Shown in pieces: positions 48,826-60,664 of a stretch of DNA of 64,000 nt. The DNA comes from Gemmatimonadota bacterium (GTDB lineage Bacteria; Gemmatimonadota; Gemmatimonadetes; Longimicrobiales; Gaopeijiaceae): positions 1-64,000 of the forward strand of contig JBDHLD010000014.1 of assembly GCA_039586035.1 (NCBI GenBank). The letters are read 5' to 3'. The notes under the pieces were generated by a model. It had not been told where the DNA came from. It did no database searches and saw only the letters and a list, made by a program, of their open reading frames with translations. The translations under genes and the position numbers were made by a program. Positions within the stretch are counted from its first letter, which is position 1, and each line of letters starts with the position of its first letter.

Positions 48826-49406
48826 GCTTCTCTCCCGGTCCACGCGCGGTCCACGATGTCGCAGATGAGGTGCCCCAGGGCCAGGTGGATCTCCTGGGCT
48901 CGGGCCGTTTGCTGCGTCGGTACCACCACCGCATGGTCGACCCGCTCCCGAAGGCGTCCTCCGCCCTTCGCCAGAAAGGCGATGGTCTCGACGCCGCGAG
49001 CACGGGCGGCATCTGCCGCCAGGATGAGGTTCTCGGACTCCCCGCTCGTCGAGTGGAGGAAGAGTACGTCGCCCCTCCGGCCGAGGGCCTCGATCTGGCG
49101 TGAAAAGACCGTCTCGAAACCATGATCGTTCGACGCCGCCGTCAGGATCGAGGAATCCGTCGTGAGCGCGATGGCCGGGAGAGCCTCGCGATCTCCCCCG
49201 AAGCGAACCACGTACTCCGCCGCCAGATGCTGAGCGTCGGCCGCCGAGCCGCCGTTCCCGGCGAAGAACAGGCGGCCACCGGCCCGGAGCGCGTCGACCG
49301 TGGCGTTGGCCGCGGCCTCGATGTCGTCGGTCCGCTCCCGGGACACCTGTTCCGCCAATCGGGCCAGTTCCTGCAGCCCCGCTCGAATCGAGTCGCTCAC
49401 CGTCAT
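48822..49406 (-). CDS. gmhA: SIS-domain phosphoheptose-isomerase-like protein (GmhA/DiaA family)
   Basis: GNGGSAADAQH...SDHGFE...LHSTSGESEN pattern of GmhA/DiaA. The ATG at 49406 overlaps the upstream stop. Confidence 0.7.
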   Translation of the reverse strand: MTVSDSIRAGLQELARLAEQVSRERTDDIEAAANATVDALRAGGRLFFAGNGGSAADAQHLAAEYVVRFGGDREALPAIALTTDSSILTAASNDHGFETVFSRQIEALGRRGDVLFLHSTSGESENLILAADAARARGVETIAFLAKGGGRLRERVDHAVVVPTQQTARAQEIHLALGHLICDIVDRAWTGREA

Positions 49407-50215
49407 TCGGTCCCCAGAAGGCCTTTCAATCGTGACCAGAGCCGCCGCTGCGGCCGTAGTGGCGGGACCGGAAGCGGATCCCTGCCTTCCGCGATCCGGC
49501 CCGTGTTCGTCGCGGCCAGCAGGTCGAACTGCTCCACGGCGTCCCGCTCCTCGAAGAGAGCCCGCACCCGGGACACGTGAAGCTCCAAATGTGGACGTCC
49601 GTGGAAGTCCGTGGAGAGGCAGTCCACCCAACCGGCGATCAGCAGACGAAGCGCCAGACTGCGCGGCCCGGCTCCGTAGCGCCCTACCAGAGATCCGTAG
49701 TTCACCTGGAGAATCGCACCCTCCTGACGCCAGATTTCCGCCAGCCGGAAGCGCTCTGCCATGCCTCGGTACCGCTCCGGATGGGCGATGACGGGTCGCA
49801 CGCCCAACTCCCGCAAGCGGGCCACGGCGTCGACTGTCCCCGGGGGCAGCATGAGGCGGGGCCACTCGACGAGCACGAAGCTGGTGTCTGCAAGACGTAG
49901 CCGGGAATCCGACAGATCTGGATCCGGCACGTCCAGCATCACCTCGTGACCCCGCTCTACCACCAGGTCCGGCAGCCGCGCTCGAGCCGCCGCCTGGAGC
50001 TCGTGGAACGCCGTGTCCACCGCCGCCAGGGTCGGTCCCGCCGCCGCGGTTCGGGTCAGGCTTCCATCGATGTGAGGCGTGGTGATCACGCGTCCGATGC
50101 CGGCCTCCCACATCCGAGCGAGACCCTCGAGAGAATCGTCGATCGACCTCGAGCCATCGTCCACGGCAGGGACGAGATGGCTATGAAGATCGACGAGCCG
50201 GGGCGCTCCGGCCAC
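49403..50215 (-). CDS. PHP-domain protein-tyrosine phosphatase, CpsB/YwqE-like
   Basis: N-terminal VDLHSHLVPAVDDGSRSIDDSLEGLARMWEAGIGRVITTPH, characteristic of CpsB/CapC Mn-dependent phosphatases. Confidence 0.7.
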   Translation of the reverse strand: MAGAPRLVDLHSHLVPAVDDGSRSIDDSLEGLARMWEAGIGRVITTPHIDGSLTRTAAAGPTLAAVDTAFHELQAAARARLPDLVVERGHEVMLDVPDPDLSDSRLRLADTSFVLVEWPRLMLPPGTVDAVARLRELGVRPVIAHPERYRGMAERFRLAEIWRQEGAILQVNYGSLVGRYGAGPRSLALRLLIAGWVDCLSTDFHGRPHLELHVSRVRALFEERDAVEQFDLLAATNTGRIAEGRDPLPVPPLRPQRRLWSRLKGLLGTE

Positions 50216-50501
50216 TACGCTCCCGTCCTCGCGCCGTCGAGGACGCGTCGCAGCGCGGCCTCCACGTCCTCCTCTTCGGCAGCGGCTTCACAAGCGTACG
50301 TGAACAGGGCATCGGCGCCCAGGAGGAGGAAGGCAGCGTCTCGTCGACGCCCGGGACGGCGCACCGCCTGGTTCAGCGCCTCCCCGGCCCCGGCGGCGAG
50401 GAGGTCGACCAGCGAGCTGCTTCCGTCAGGCACGACGAGGTGCTCCTCGAGCTCCGTCGGTGGGGTCGGCTCCCTGGTTGCCAACCACTCCTGGACCTGG
50501 C

Positions 50502-50505
<4 letters not shown>
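50215..50505 (-). CDS. Small acidic hypothetical protein (96 aa), translationally coupled to alaS
   Basis: Its ATG overlaps the alaS TGA (ATGA), and its stop abuts the cpsB-like start. No family recognised. Confidence 0.45.
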
Positions 50506-53186
<2,681 letters not shown>

Positions 53187-53284
53187 CGTCGTATGTGACG
53201 CTCTTTCAACGAATTCAGCGGCACCTCAGGGGCACCGTAGGGAGCCCTGAAGATAACCAGGCCTGAGCGCGGATGAAATGAACG

Positions 53285-53311
53285 GGGCCCGACGGCGGAT
53301 CCGTCGGGCCC
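53285..53311 (-). terminator. Terminator-like perfect hairpin downstream of recA
   Basis: GGGCCCGACGG-cggau-CCGUCGGGCCC (11-bp stem), 40 nt after the recA stop. Confidence 0.5.
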
Positions 53312-53347
53312 CGCGGGTACCGAACGAAGGGCAGGAGGTCCCTCCCC

Positions 53348-54418
53348 TCAGGCCTCCACTCCCGCCGGCTCCGGCTGCGCCGCGTCGGAGGAGGAAGCTG
53401 CCTCTTCCGTGGGCACCATGCCCAGCACCGCTTTCAGACGAGCTTCCACCTCTTCGGCGATGTCCCGGTTCTCGTCGAGGAAGAGCTTGGCGTTCTCCTT
53501 CCCCTGTCCCAACCGAAGGTCGCCGTACGAGTACCACGAGCCCGACTTGTCCACGATGCCATGCTCCACGCCCAGGTCGATGAGCAGCGCGTTGTGGCTG
53601 ATGCCTTCGTCGTAGATGATGTCGAACTCCGACTGCTTGAAGGGTGGCGCACACTTGTTCTTCACCACTTTCACCCGGGTGCGGTTCCCGATCAGGTCCT
53701 GCCCGTCCTTGATGGCCCCGATGCGACGGATGTCCAGTCTGAGCGACGCGTAGAACTTGAGGGCCCGTCCCCCGGAGGTGGTCTCCGGGTTGCCGAACAT
53801 CACACCCACTTTCTCACGAATCTGGTTCGTGAAGATGACCGCCGTGTTCGACCGGTTGACCGCACCAGTGAGCTTCCGGAGCGCCTGGCTCATGAGCCGG
53901 GCCTGGAGACCCACGTGGGTGTCTCCCATCTCACCCTCGATCTCCGCCCGAGGAACCAGCGCTGCCACGGAGTCCACCACCACGACGTCCACGGCGTTGC
54001 TCCGGATCAGCACCTCGGCGATCTCCAGCGCCTGCTCCCCGGTGTCGGGTTGCGAGACCAGGAGATTGTCCACGTCCACGCCGAGCTTCCGCGCGTAGTT
54101 GACGTCCAACGCATGCTCGGCGTCGATGAACGCGGCGATACCGCCTTCGCGCTGGGCGTTCGCGATGACGTGGAGACAGAGCGTCGTCTTACCGCTGGAT
54201 TCGGGGCCGTAGATCTCGCTGATGCGGCCCCGGGGGATTCCCCCGATGCCGATGGCGGCGTCCAGGTTCAGTGCCCCGGTGGGAATCGCCTCGATGTGGA
54301 GCTTCGCCCCTTCCGCACCCATCCGCATGATGGCGCCCTTGCCGAACGCTCGCTCGATCTGGCTGATGGCCGTGCCCAGCGCCTTGTTCTTCTTCTCGTC
54401 CGTCTGCATCAGGGCCAT
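53348..54418 (-). CDS. recA: Recombinase RecA
   Basis: 356 aa; Walker [11 protein letters not shown]1/L2 loops; near-universal RecA sequence. Confidence 0.97.
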   Translation of the reverse strand: MALMQTDEKKNKALGTAISQIERAFGKGAIMRMGAEGAKLHIEAIPTGALNLDAAIGIGGIPRGRISEIYGPESSGKTTLCLHVIANAQREGGIAAFIDAEHALDVNYARKLGVDVDNLLVSQPDTGEQALEIAEVLIRSNAVDVVVVDSVAALVPRAEIEGEMGDTHVGLQARLMSQALRKLTGAVNRSNTAVIFTNQIREKVGVMFGNPETTSGGRALKFYASLRLDIRRIGAIKDGQDLIGNRTRVKVVKNKCAPPFKQSEFDIIYDEGISHNALLIDLGVEHGIVDKSGSWYSYGDLRLGQGKENAKLFLDENRDIAEEVEARLKAVLGMVPTEEAASSSDAAQPEPAGVEA

Positions 54419-54750
54419 CTCGTCCTCGCTGTTGAACGTCCTTCGTGGGGTCCTGGGGCCACTTCTACGCGGGCCTCCGTGTCGGGGGATCCCGGAGAGG
54501 CGGCTCCAAAGTACAATACCCGAAGAGAAAGCGAAAGGGTCTCTGGGCTACACGTCCAACCTATGGCCCACGCGCGGGCGTCGAAATGCCCTGGTGGGAT
54601 CTTCGGGCGGTCCGGATATTCGATGTACGGAGCGAGCCCGGCCTCGAGGCTTGGAACCCGGCCCACCACGGAGCGGGTTCGGCTGCCGACCCCTGGGACA
54701 CGCATCCGAAGCCCTGCTGGCGCCCAGGGGGACCCGGATCCGGAAGCTGT

Positions 54751-56166
54751 ATGACCAGAATACGCGAATACGACCTCGTAGCCATCGGTGGGGGGACGGC
54801 TGGCCTCGTCTCGGCGGCCGGCGCAGCCTACATCGGAGCCAGCTCGGCGATCATAGAGAAGGCCCGCCTGGGTGGCGACTGCCTCTGGACCGGGTGCGTG
54901 CCGTCGAAGGCCTTGATCGCCTCGGCTCGGCTCGCTCACGCCATGCGGAACGCCGACCGGCTCGGTCTCGTGGGCGCGTCTCCGGCGCACGCCTTCGCCG
55001 ACATCATGGCGCGGGTCCACCGCGCCCGGGCCACTGTCGCGCACCACGACGACCCGGAGCGCTTTCGAGCCCTGGGCGTGGACGTCCACTTCGGCCACGC
55101 CCGCTTCCTGGGCCCTGACACCCTCGAAGTGGACGGCGTCGGCCGCATTCGTTCCAAGCGGATCGTCATCGCCTCGGGCGCCCGGCCCGTCGCTCCCCCG
55201 ATCCCCGGGCTCGACCAGGTGGGCTACGTCGACCACGAGTCCGCCTTCGAGCAGGACTCCTTGCCTCGTCGGATCGTGGTCCTGGGGGGCGGCCCCATCG
55301 GACTCGAGTTCGCTCAGGTCTACGCGCGGCTCGGAGCCGAGGTGACGGTGCTGGAGATGCTCCCCAGACTGCTGCAGCGGGAGGATCCAGACGTGAGCGA
55401 GCTCATGAGGTCCTCGCTCGAGTCGGAGGGTGTGCGGGTCCGGACGGGAACAGCTGCAACGAAAGTGGACGCGTGCCCCGGGGGCAAGGTGGTCTCCACC
55501 TCGACGGGAACCGCGATTGAAGCCGATGAGCTCTTCGTGGCGACGGGCCGACGGCCCAACACCACCGGCCTCGACGTGGAGCGAGCCGGTGTGGAGCTGG
55601 ACGGAGCGGCGATCCGGGTGGATCGGTCGCTGCGCACCACTGCGGCGACGGTGTGGGCGGCCGGAGACGTCACGGGCGGCCTCCAGTTCACCCACGTCGC
55701 CGACTACATGGCCAAGACCGCGCTTCGCAACGCCTTGCTTCCGGGTAGGACCCGGGTGGACTACGGACAGGTCCCGTGGGTGACCTACACCGATCCGGAG
55801 GTGGCGCACGTGGGGCTGAGCCAGTCGGAGGCCGAGGCGCGGGGCGGGCGCACGCATGCGTACGACTTCTCGGATCTCGACCGGGCCATCGCCGACGGTG
55901 ACACGCGAGGCACGGTCAAGATCTCTGCCGACAAGCGCGGACGGATCCTGGGCGCCACCATCGTTGGTGGAGACGCCGGAGAGCTGATCTTTCCGGTTGT
56001 CCTTGCCATGAAGCACGGCCTCACCCTCGCGCAGATCTCGAACACGATCTTTCCCTACCCCACCCGGGTGGAAGGCGTGAAGCGGGCGGCGGACGCCTTT
56101 CAGCGCTCGCGGCTGGAGGGGTTCGGTGGCACGGTGCTCAGGAAAGTGGTCTCGTGGCTGACGTGA
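54751..56166 (+). CDS. FAD-dependent pyridine nucleotide-disulfide oxidoreductase (dihydrolipoyl dehydrogenase / mercuric-reductase-like class I)
   Basis: GGGTAG FAD motif, redox-active CLWTGCVPSK, NAD GGGPIGLE, and a C-terminal dimerisation domain with HP. ATG at 54751; the track ORF from 54445 is extended. Confidence 0.85.
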   Translation: MTRIREYDLVAIGGGTAGLVSAAGAAYIGASSAIIEKARLGGDCLWTGCVPSKALIASARLAHAMRNADRLGLVGASPAHAFADIMARVHRARATVAHHDDPERFRALGVDVHFGHARFLGPDTLEVDGVGRIRSKRIVIASGARPVAPPIPGLDQVGYVDHESAFEQDSLPRRIVVLGGGPIGLEFAQVYARLGAEVTVLEMLPRLLQREDPDVSELMRSSLESEGVRVRTGTAATKVDACPGGKVVSTSTGTAIEADELFVATGRRPNTTGLDVERAGVELDGAAIRVDRSLRTTAATVWAAGDVTGGLQFTHVADYMAKTALRNALLPGRTRVDYGQVPWVTYTDPEVAHVGLSQSEAEARGGRTHAYDFSDLDRAIADGDTRGTVKISADKRGRILGATIVGGDAGELIFPVVLAMKHGLTLAQISNTIFPYPTRVEGVKRAADAFQRSRLEGFGGTVLRKVVSWLT

Positions 56167-57659
56167 ACGTCGACGCGAACCGGGACTCGCGGCCGCTCGT
56201 CAAGCTCCTGCTCCTGGGCCTGGTCCTGGGGGCCGGGTTCGTCGCGGTCCGGATCACGCCCCTGGGAGACCTGCTCACCCGAGAGGGCGTGACCGGCAAC
56301 CTGCAGCAGCTCCGGGGCTCGGTCTGGGGCCCTGTGGTGTTCATCAGCCTCTACGCGGGTGCGACGGCGCTGGCGATCCCCGGCACCATTCTGACCCTGG
56401 CGGGTGGCGCCATCTTCGGAGTCTTCTGGGGTACCGTGTTCAACACCGTCGCCGCCAACATCGGCGCCAACCTCGCCTTCGGAGTAGCACGGCTTCTCGG
56501 CCGCGAGGGCGTGGAGCGCCTGGCGGGCAGCCGCCTGGACAAGCTCGACCGGGCAACCCGTGAGCACGGCTTCAAGGGACTGCTCACGCTGCGGCTGATC
56601 CCTCTCGTACCCTTCAACGCGCTGAACTTCGGCTCGGGGCTCACGGCCATCTCCTGGACTGCCTACGCCACCGCGACGCTCATAGGCATTTTCCCGGGGA
56701 CCGTGATCTACACGAACTTCGCCGACGCCCTCCTGCAGGGGTCTCAGGAGGCGTCCCGGGAAGCGTTGCTCCGGGTCGTGATCTCCGGCGCTCTTCTCGT
56801 ATTGCTGAGCCTGTTGCCCACCATTCTCCGCAGACTTCGGGTGCGCGTGCCGGGCGGCGCGGCCCTGGTCCTCGCGGCGCTGACCTTGCCTGCGGCCGCC
56901 CGGGCCCAGGAGACTTCCGGGAGCATTCCCGATCACGAGCTGCTGACCGAAGTCCTGGCGGCTCACGTGGAGATGCCCCTCGTGGACTACCGAGGGCTCC
57001 AGGCCGACGCCGCAGCCCTCGAGCTCTACCTCGCAGGTCTGGCGGCTACCGACCCCCAGACGCTCGCCGCCGCACCACCTGACGTCCGGCTGGCCTTCTG
57101 GATCAATGCCTACAACGCCTGCATGCTCAAACAGGTGGTCGATCACTATCCCATCCGGAAGGCCGGCGGGCTCGTCAACGCCGTGAAGAACACGGTGACG
57201 GGTCGACCAGCGAACTCCGTGTGGCAGATCGACGACGTGTTTACGAGACAGTTCTGCAACGTGGCCGGGCAAGCGCGATCCCAGGACGAGATCGAGCACG
57301 AGATCATCCGGCCCATGGGCGACCCCCGCATCCACTTCGCGGTGAACTGCGCGGCCCGGAGCTGCCCGCCGCTTCTGGACGAGGCGTACGTGCCGGGGAG
57401 GCTGGACGAGCAGCTCGACGCGGCGGTGCTCCGCCTTACCGAGGACGAGGAGCACCTGAGCCTGGAACGGGGCGGAAACCCGGGAATCCGCCTGAACAAG
57501 GTCCTCGAATGGTACAAGGAGGACTTCGGCGGCGATGAGGGGCTGAAGCGCTTCTTGGCGCCGTACCTGCCCGCGGCCGACCGGGGGTTCGTCGAGGATC
57601 CCAGCACCGACGTGCGCTACTTCGATTACGACTGGACGCTCAACGACGTGGCGCGGTGA
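56154..57659 (+). CDS. Fusion protein: TVP38/TMEM64 (DedA-like) membrane domain + C-terminal DUF547 domain
   Basis: N-terminal half is polytopic with the DedA/TVP38 signature (LIPLVPFNALNFGSGLT). C-terminal half carries DUF547 signatures (AFWINAYNACMLK, HFAVNCAARSCPPL). It overlaps the upstream oxidoreductase gene by 13 nt. Confidence 0.7.
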   Translation: MADVNVDANRDSRPLVKLLLLGLVLGAGFVAVRITPLGDLLTREGVTGNLQQLRGSVWGPVVFISLYAGATALAIPGTILTLAGGAIFGVFWGTVFNTVAANIGANLAFGVARLLGREGVERLAGSRLDKLDRATREHGFKGLLTLRLIPLVPFNALNFGSGLTAISWTAYATATLIGIFPGTVIYTNFADALLQGSQEASREALLRVVISGALLVLLSLLPTILRRLRVRVPGGAALVLAALTLPAAARAQETSGSIPDHELLTEVLAAHVEMPLVDYRGLQADAAALELYLAGLAATDPQTLAAAPPDVRLAFWINAYNACMLKQVVDHYPIRKAGGLVNAVKNTVTGRPANSVWQIDDVFTRQFCNVAGQARSQDEIEHEIIRPMGDPRIHFAVNCAARSCPPLLDEAYVPGRLDEQLDAAVLRLTEDEEHLSLERGGNPGIRLNKVLEWYKEDFGGDEGLKRFLAPYLPAADRGFVEDPSTDVRYFDYDWTLNDVAR

Positions 57660-58333
57660 ACGGCGACGCGGCCGAGGCCCCTGCGGCCTCATCCCCAGCG
57701 GGGGCATCCGCGGTTCTCCTGGTATTCGCGAAGGCACCGGTGCCGGGCCGGGTCAAGACGCGCCTCGCCGCTGACGTGGGTGCGGCGGCGGCGACGGCCG
57801 TCTACCGGGTCATGGGACGCACGGTGGTGGACGCCGTTCGGGTCGGCCCGTGGCGGACCGTGGTGTGTTACCACCCTCCCGACGCCCTGGCCGAGGTCAG
57901 GGCCTGGCTGGGAGGGGAGCTGGACTACTGGCCCCAGCAGGGACACGACCTGGGCGCGCGCATGGACCAGGCTCTCCGCCGCGCGCTCGCCTCGAGTAGC
58001 CGGGCCTGCCTCATCGGCACCGACACCCCGAGGGTGGATGCCGCCCGCGTTCACGAGGCGCTCGTCGCCCTCGAGGCGGCGGACGTGGTCTTCGGACCGG
58101 CTGAGGACGGAGGCTACTACCTGCTCGCGTTGCGGCAGCCCGCCCCCGAGTTGTTTCGACGGATCCCGTGGGGAACGTCACGGGTCCTCGCGCGGAGCAC
58201 GGCGAGAGCCGCGGCCGCCGAGCTGTCGGTGGCGCTCCTACCCCCTCTGGCCGACGTGGACACGGTCTCGGACCTGGCGAGCTTCCCCGACCTCGCGCGC
58301 ACGATCGACGGCACTGGAGGTCTAGCCCCCTAG
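57656..58333 (+). CDS. DUF2064 / TIGR04282-like (glycosyltransferase-fold) protein
   Basis: VLLVFAKAPVPGRVKTRLA...CLIGTDTP...VFGPAEDGGYYLLAL pattern of the DUF2064 family. Its start overlaps the upstream stop. Confidence 0.6.
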   Translation: MNGDAAEAPAASSPAGASAVLLVFAKAPVPGRVKTRLAADVGAAAATAVYRVMGRTVVDAVRVGPWRTVVCYHPPDALAEVRAWLGGELDYWPQQGHDLGARMDQALRRALASSSRACLIGTDTPRVDAARVHEALVALEAADVVFGPAEDGGYYLLALRQPAPELFRRIPWGTSRVLARSTARAAAAELSVALLPPLADVDTVSDLASFPDLARTIDGTGGLAP

Positions 58334-58498
58334 CCGTCGCCCCTCTCCCGGCCCACCGCTTCCCGGAAGCCCGCCGACGCGCCAAGGACGGCGCGGGGGA
58401 CTACGCCCCACCCTCCGTTACGTCGACATCAAGGAAGGGGGCACGGTTCGGTTGCCAGACGGGGAGTGCCCCGTTCATGTTGACCCTCCCCCGAGTCC

Positions 58499-58966
58499 AT
58501 GCACCATCAACGGCCGCAGCCCGTGTCCGAGACCCACGACTCCCAAGCGCACGCCCTGGTCGGCCGGAACCGGCTTCGCTTCGAGGCGATCGATTTCGAG
58601 TGCTTCCCCAATGGGCGCTGCACCGCGGTCGTGGAGCTCGAATGGAAAGATCGGGCGCGCTTCGAGGGGCGGGCCGAGGGGACCCACACCATGCAGGGCG
58701 GCCTGCGGGCCGGAGCCCTCGCCACCCTGCGCGCCGCGGAGAGCGCCGCCGAGGGGCGACTCAAGCTCGAGTTCGTCGGCGTCAAAGCGGTCCGCGCCTT
58801 CGACGCCTGGGTGACCATCGCCGCGGTCCGGGCCCGGAGCGAAGAGAAGACCTATCACCTGCTGGGCTCGTACGCCGATCTCGCCGATCCGACCCCACGG
58901 AGCGCGGCGCTGGCGCTCCTGGACGCGACGAACCGTGTGATGGAGCGGTACCTCCAGCTCGACTGA
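58499..58966 (+). CDS. Hypothetical protein (155 aa)
   Basis: An ORF with coding-like composition in a plus-strand gene run; no family recognised. Confidence 0.4.
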   Translation: MHHQRPQPVSETHDSQAHALVGRNRLRFEAIDFECFPNGRCTAVVELEWKDRARFEGRAEGTHTMQGGLRAGALATLRAAESAAEGRLKLEFVGVKAVRAFDAWVTIAAVRARSEEKTYHLLGSYADLADPTPRSAALALLDATNRVMERYLQLD

Positions 58967-59129
58967 GGCCACACCCGCTCCGCCCAGCGATCCTCGCAAC
59001 AGACGGACGCGCCCGCGTCCCGAGCTGGCCTCTCCCCACTCGGAGCGCCGGGTCGAGCAACCAACCAAAGAGAACCGCCCCGACCCTCCGAGGAGGGCCG
59101 GGGCGGCGTTGCCTCCGGAACCGGGGCGG

Positions 59130-60533
59130 CTACTGACCCCGAGTCGACTGGAGTCCCGTCTGGTAGCCCTGCCACACGCCCGGCCGAACCGGAACGTAGA
59201 GGGTCTCGTACGGGCTGCTGGCGTTGCTGTCCGCGAACAGCGGCACGCCCATGTACTCGCCGACCCGCATGATGTTGCCGCAGTTCATGCCGACCTCACC
59301 ACCGGACTTGGAGTAGCCACGGTCCTCGAAGGTCAGGTCTTCGTCGTTCTCGAAGAAGCCCATCCCCTCGGCGTACGTGCCGGCGAACACTACGCCGGGC
59401 CGGAGGGTGCGTACCGACACCCGGTCGGCGCCCACCAGCGTGTCGCCCTGGGCCGTGACCAGCACCTGGGCATTCTCGCCCGTGGCGAGGCACAGCGTGG
59501 CCGGCGTGCCGGTCGGCGGCGGCGGCGCCACCTCGACGTTGACCCGGACGGTGTCCGGCGGAGGCGCCGGCAGGCGGACGGTGTCAGGCGAGGCCTTCTC
59601 GAGCAGGCCGGGCTTGCAGAGGCCACCCTGATCGGGGCAGAGGGCCGCGGAAACCAGGAAACCCCACTTGGCGCTCCGAGGCACCGTCTTGTTCTCCAGG
59701 TAGTTCGATCCGAGGACGAAGCCGCCCACGCGGATCCCGGAGAAGTCGAGCTGCGCGCCGACGTTGACGTCGAACCCGTTCCACTCGCCCATGAGGTTCA
59801 GGAGCGTGTTCGTTCCCAGACCCATGTGCACGCCGGCTCCGGCGAAGAAGCCGGAGGACGACGCGTTCGAGTAGAAGTCGAGCTGCCGCCCGTCACGCCA
59901 AACGCCACTGCCCCACCCGAGGGTGAACGTGTAGTCATGCTCGGGGCCGAAGTCGAGGCCGGCCACGTCGGCCGTGGCGACGACGTACGGCGAGAACGCC
60001 GTGGACACGTCGTTGCCGTCGGCGCCGTCGAACAGCTGCTGGTGCGGCGCGCCGTAGCGCGTCGGCTGCGTGCTCTCGCCGTCGTCGAAGGACGGCTCGC
60101 TCACGTAGCGGGCACCCACGGCCAAGCCGATACCCTGCCGCTGCGGCCGCAGGAGGGCAATGCGGCCGAATGCGCCGGCCATCGTGCCCCCAGCGTCGCT
60201 GTCGTTGAAGCTCTGGAACGTCCCGCCGATTTCGACCCAGTCGAACAGCCCGAGGGCCACGGAGCCGTCGCCGTAGAGGTTTCCGTCGTTCTCGTTGCCC
60301 GCCAGGTTGAGGACCCAACCGGAGTACGTGCCCGTAATGGCGAGATGGGGGAGCACCGTCGCCGAGGGTACGTCGAGATAGCCCGACCCGTACCGCAGCG
60401 TGCTCGGCATCTTGGTCTTCTCCCGATCGTTGTCCCGGACGGACTGGGCCTCGACCTGCCCAGCCGTACCGACGAGTACGGCAACGGCCAGGAGGGCTGC
60501 AAACCACCCGGTCAAACTCCGAGCCATCTTCAT
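59130..60533 (-). CDS. Hypothetical secreted / outer-membrane-like protein (~467 aa) with signal peptide
   Basis: ATG at 60533 (MKMARSLTGWFAALLAVAVLVGTAGQVEAQS). Preceded by GGAGG at -9 and an AT-rich upstream region. Gly/aromatic-rich alternating segments suggest a beta-barrel. The track start at 60668 is an extension. Confidence 0.5.
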   Translation of the reverse strand: MKMARSLTGWFAALLAVAVLVGTAGQVEAQSVRDNDREKTKMPSTLRYGSGYLDVPSATVLPHLAITGTYSGWVLNLAGNENDGNLYGDGSVALGLFDWVEIGGTFQSFNDSDAGGTMAGAFGRIALLRPQRQGIGLAVGARYVSEPSFDDGESTQPTRYGAPHQQLFDGADGNDVSTAFSPYVVATADVAGLDFGPEHDYTFTLGWGSGVWRDGRQLDFYSNASSSGFFAGAGVHMGLGTNTLLNLMGEWNGFDVNVGAQLDFSGIRVGGFVLGSNYLENKTVPRSAKWGFLVSAALCPDQGGLCKPGLLEKASPDTVRLPAPPPDTVRVNVEVAPPPPTGTPATLCLATGENAQVLVTAQGDTLVGADRVSVRTLRPGVVFAGTYAEGMGFFENDEDLTFEDRGYSKSGGEVGMNCGNIMRVGEYMGVPLFADSNASSPYETLYVPVRPGVWQGYQTGLQSTRGQ

Positions 60534-60539
60534 CGCGCT

Positions 60540-60660
60540 GCTCCTCCGTGAGGAAAAAATAGGATTCACGATCCGTTCTAATCTTGTTTTTCGAATTGTT
60601 CTCAGACGAAAAGTCGAGTCGAAGTTATCCAGACGGCCAGAATCGTGCCAGGCTTTCGAT
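60540..60660 (-). promoter_or_regulatory. AT-rich (~40% GC) intergenic promoter region upstream of the secreted-protein gene
   Basis: Strong local compositional dip versus the ~70% GC surroundings (aggaaaaaataggattcacgatccgttctaatcttgtttttcgaattg...). An RBS GGAGG is adjacent to the start. Confidence 0.4.
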
Positions 60661-60664
60661 AAAC

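Noticed and set aside
54419-54750. Possible LexA/SOS box in the recA upstream region.
   Set aside because: I scanned for CTGT-N8-ACAG, GAAC-N4-GTTC (Cheo) and GTTC-N7-GTTC patterns. Only a weak ACGTTCAACAGC overlapping the RBS was seen, which is not convincing without a lineage-specific PWM.
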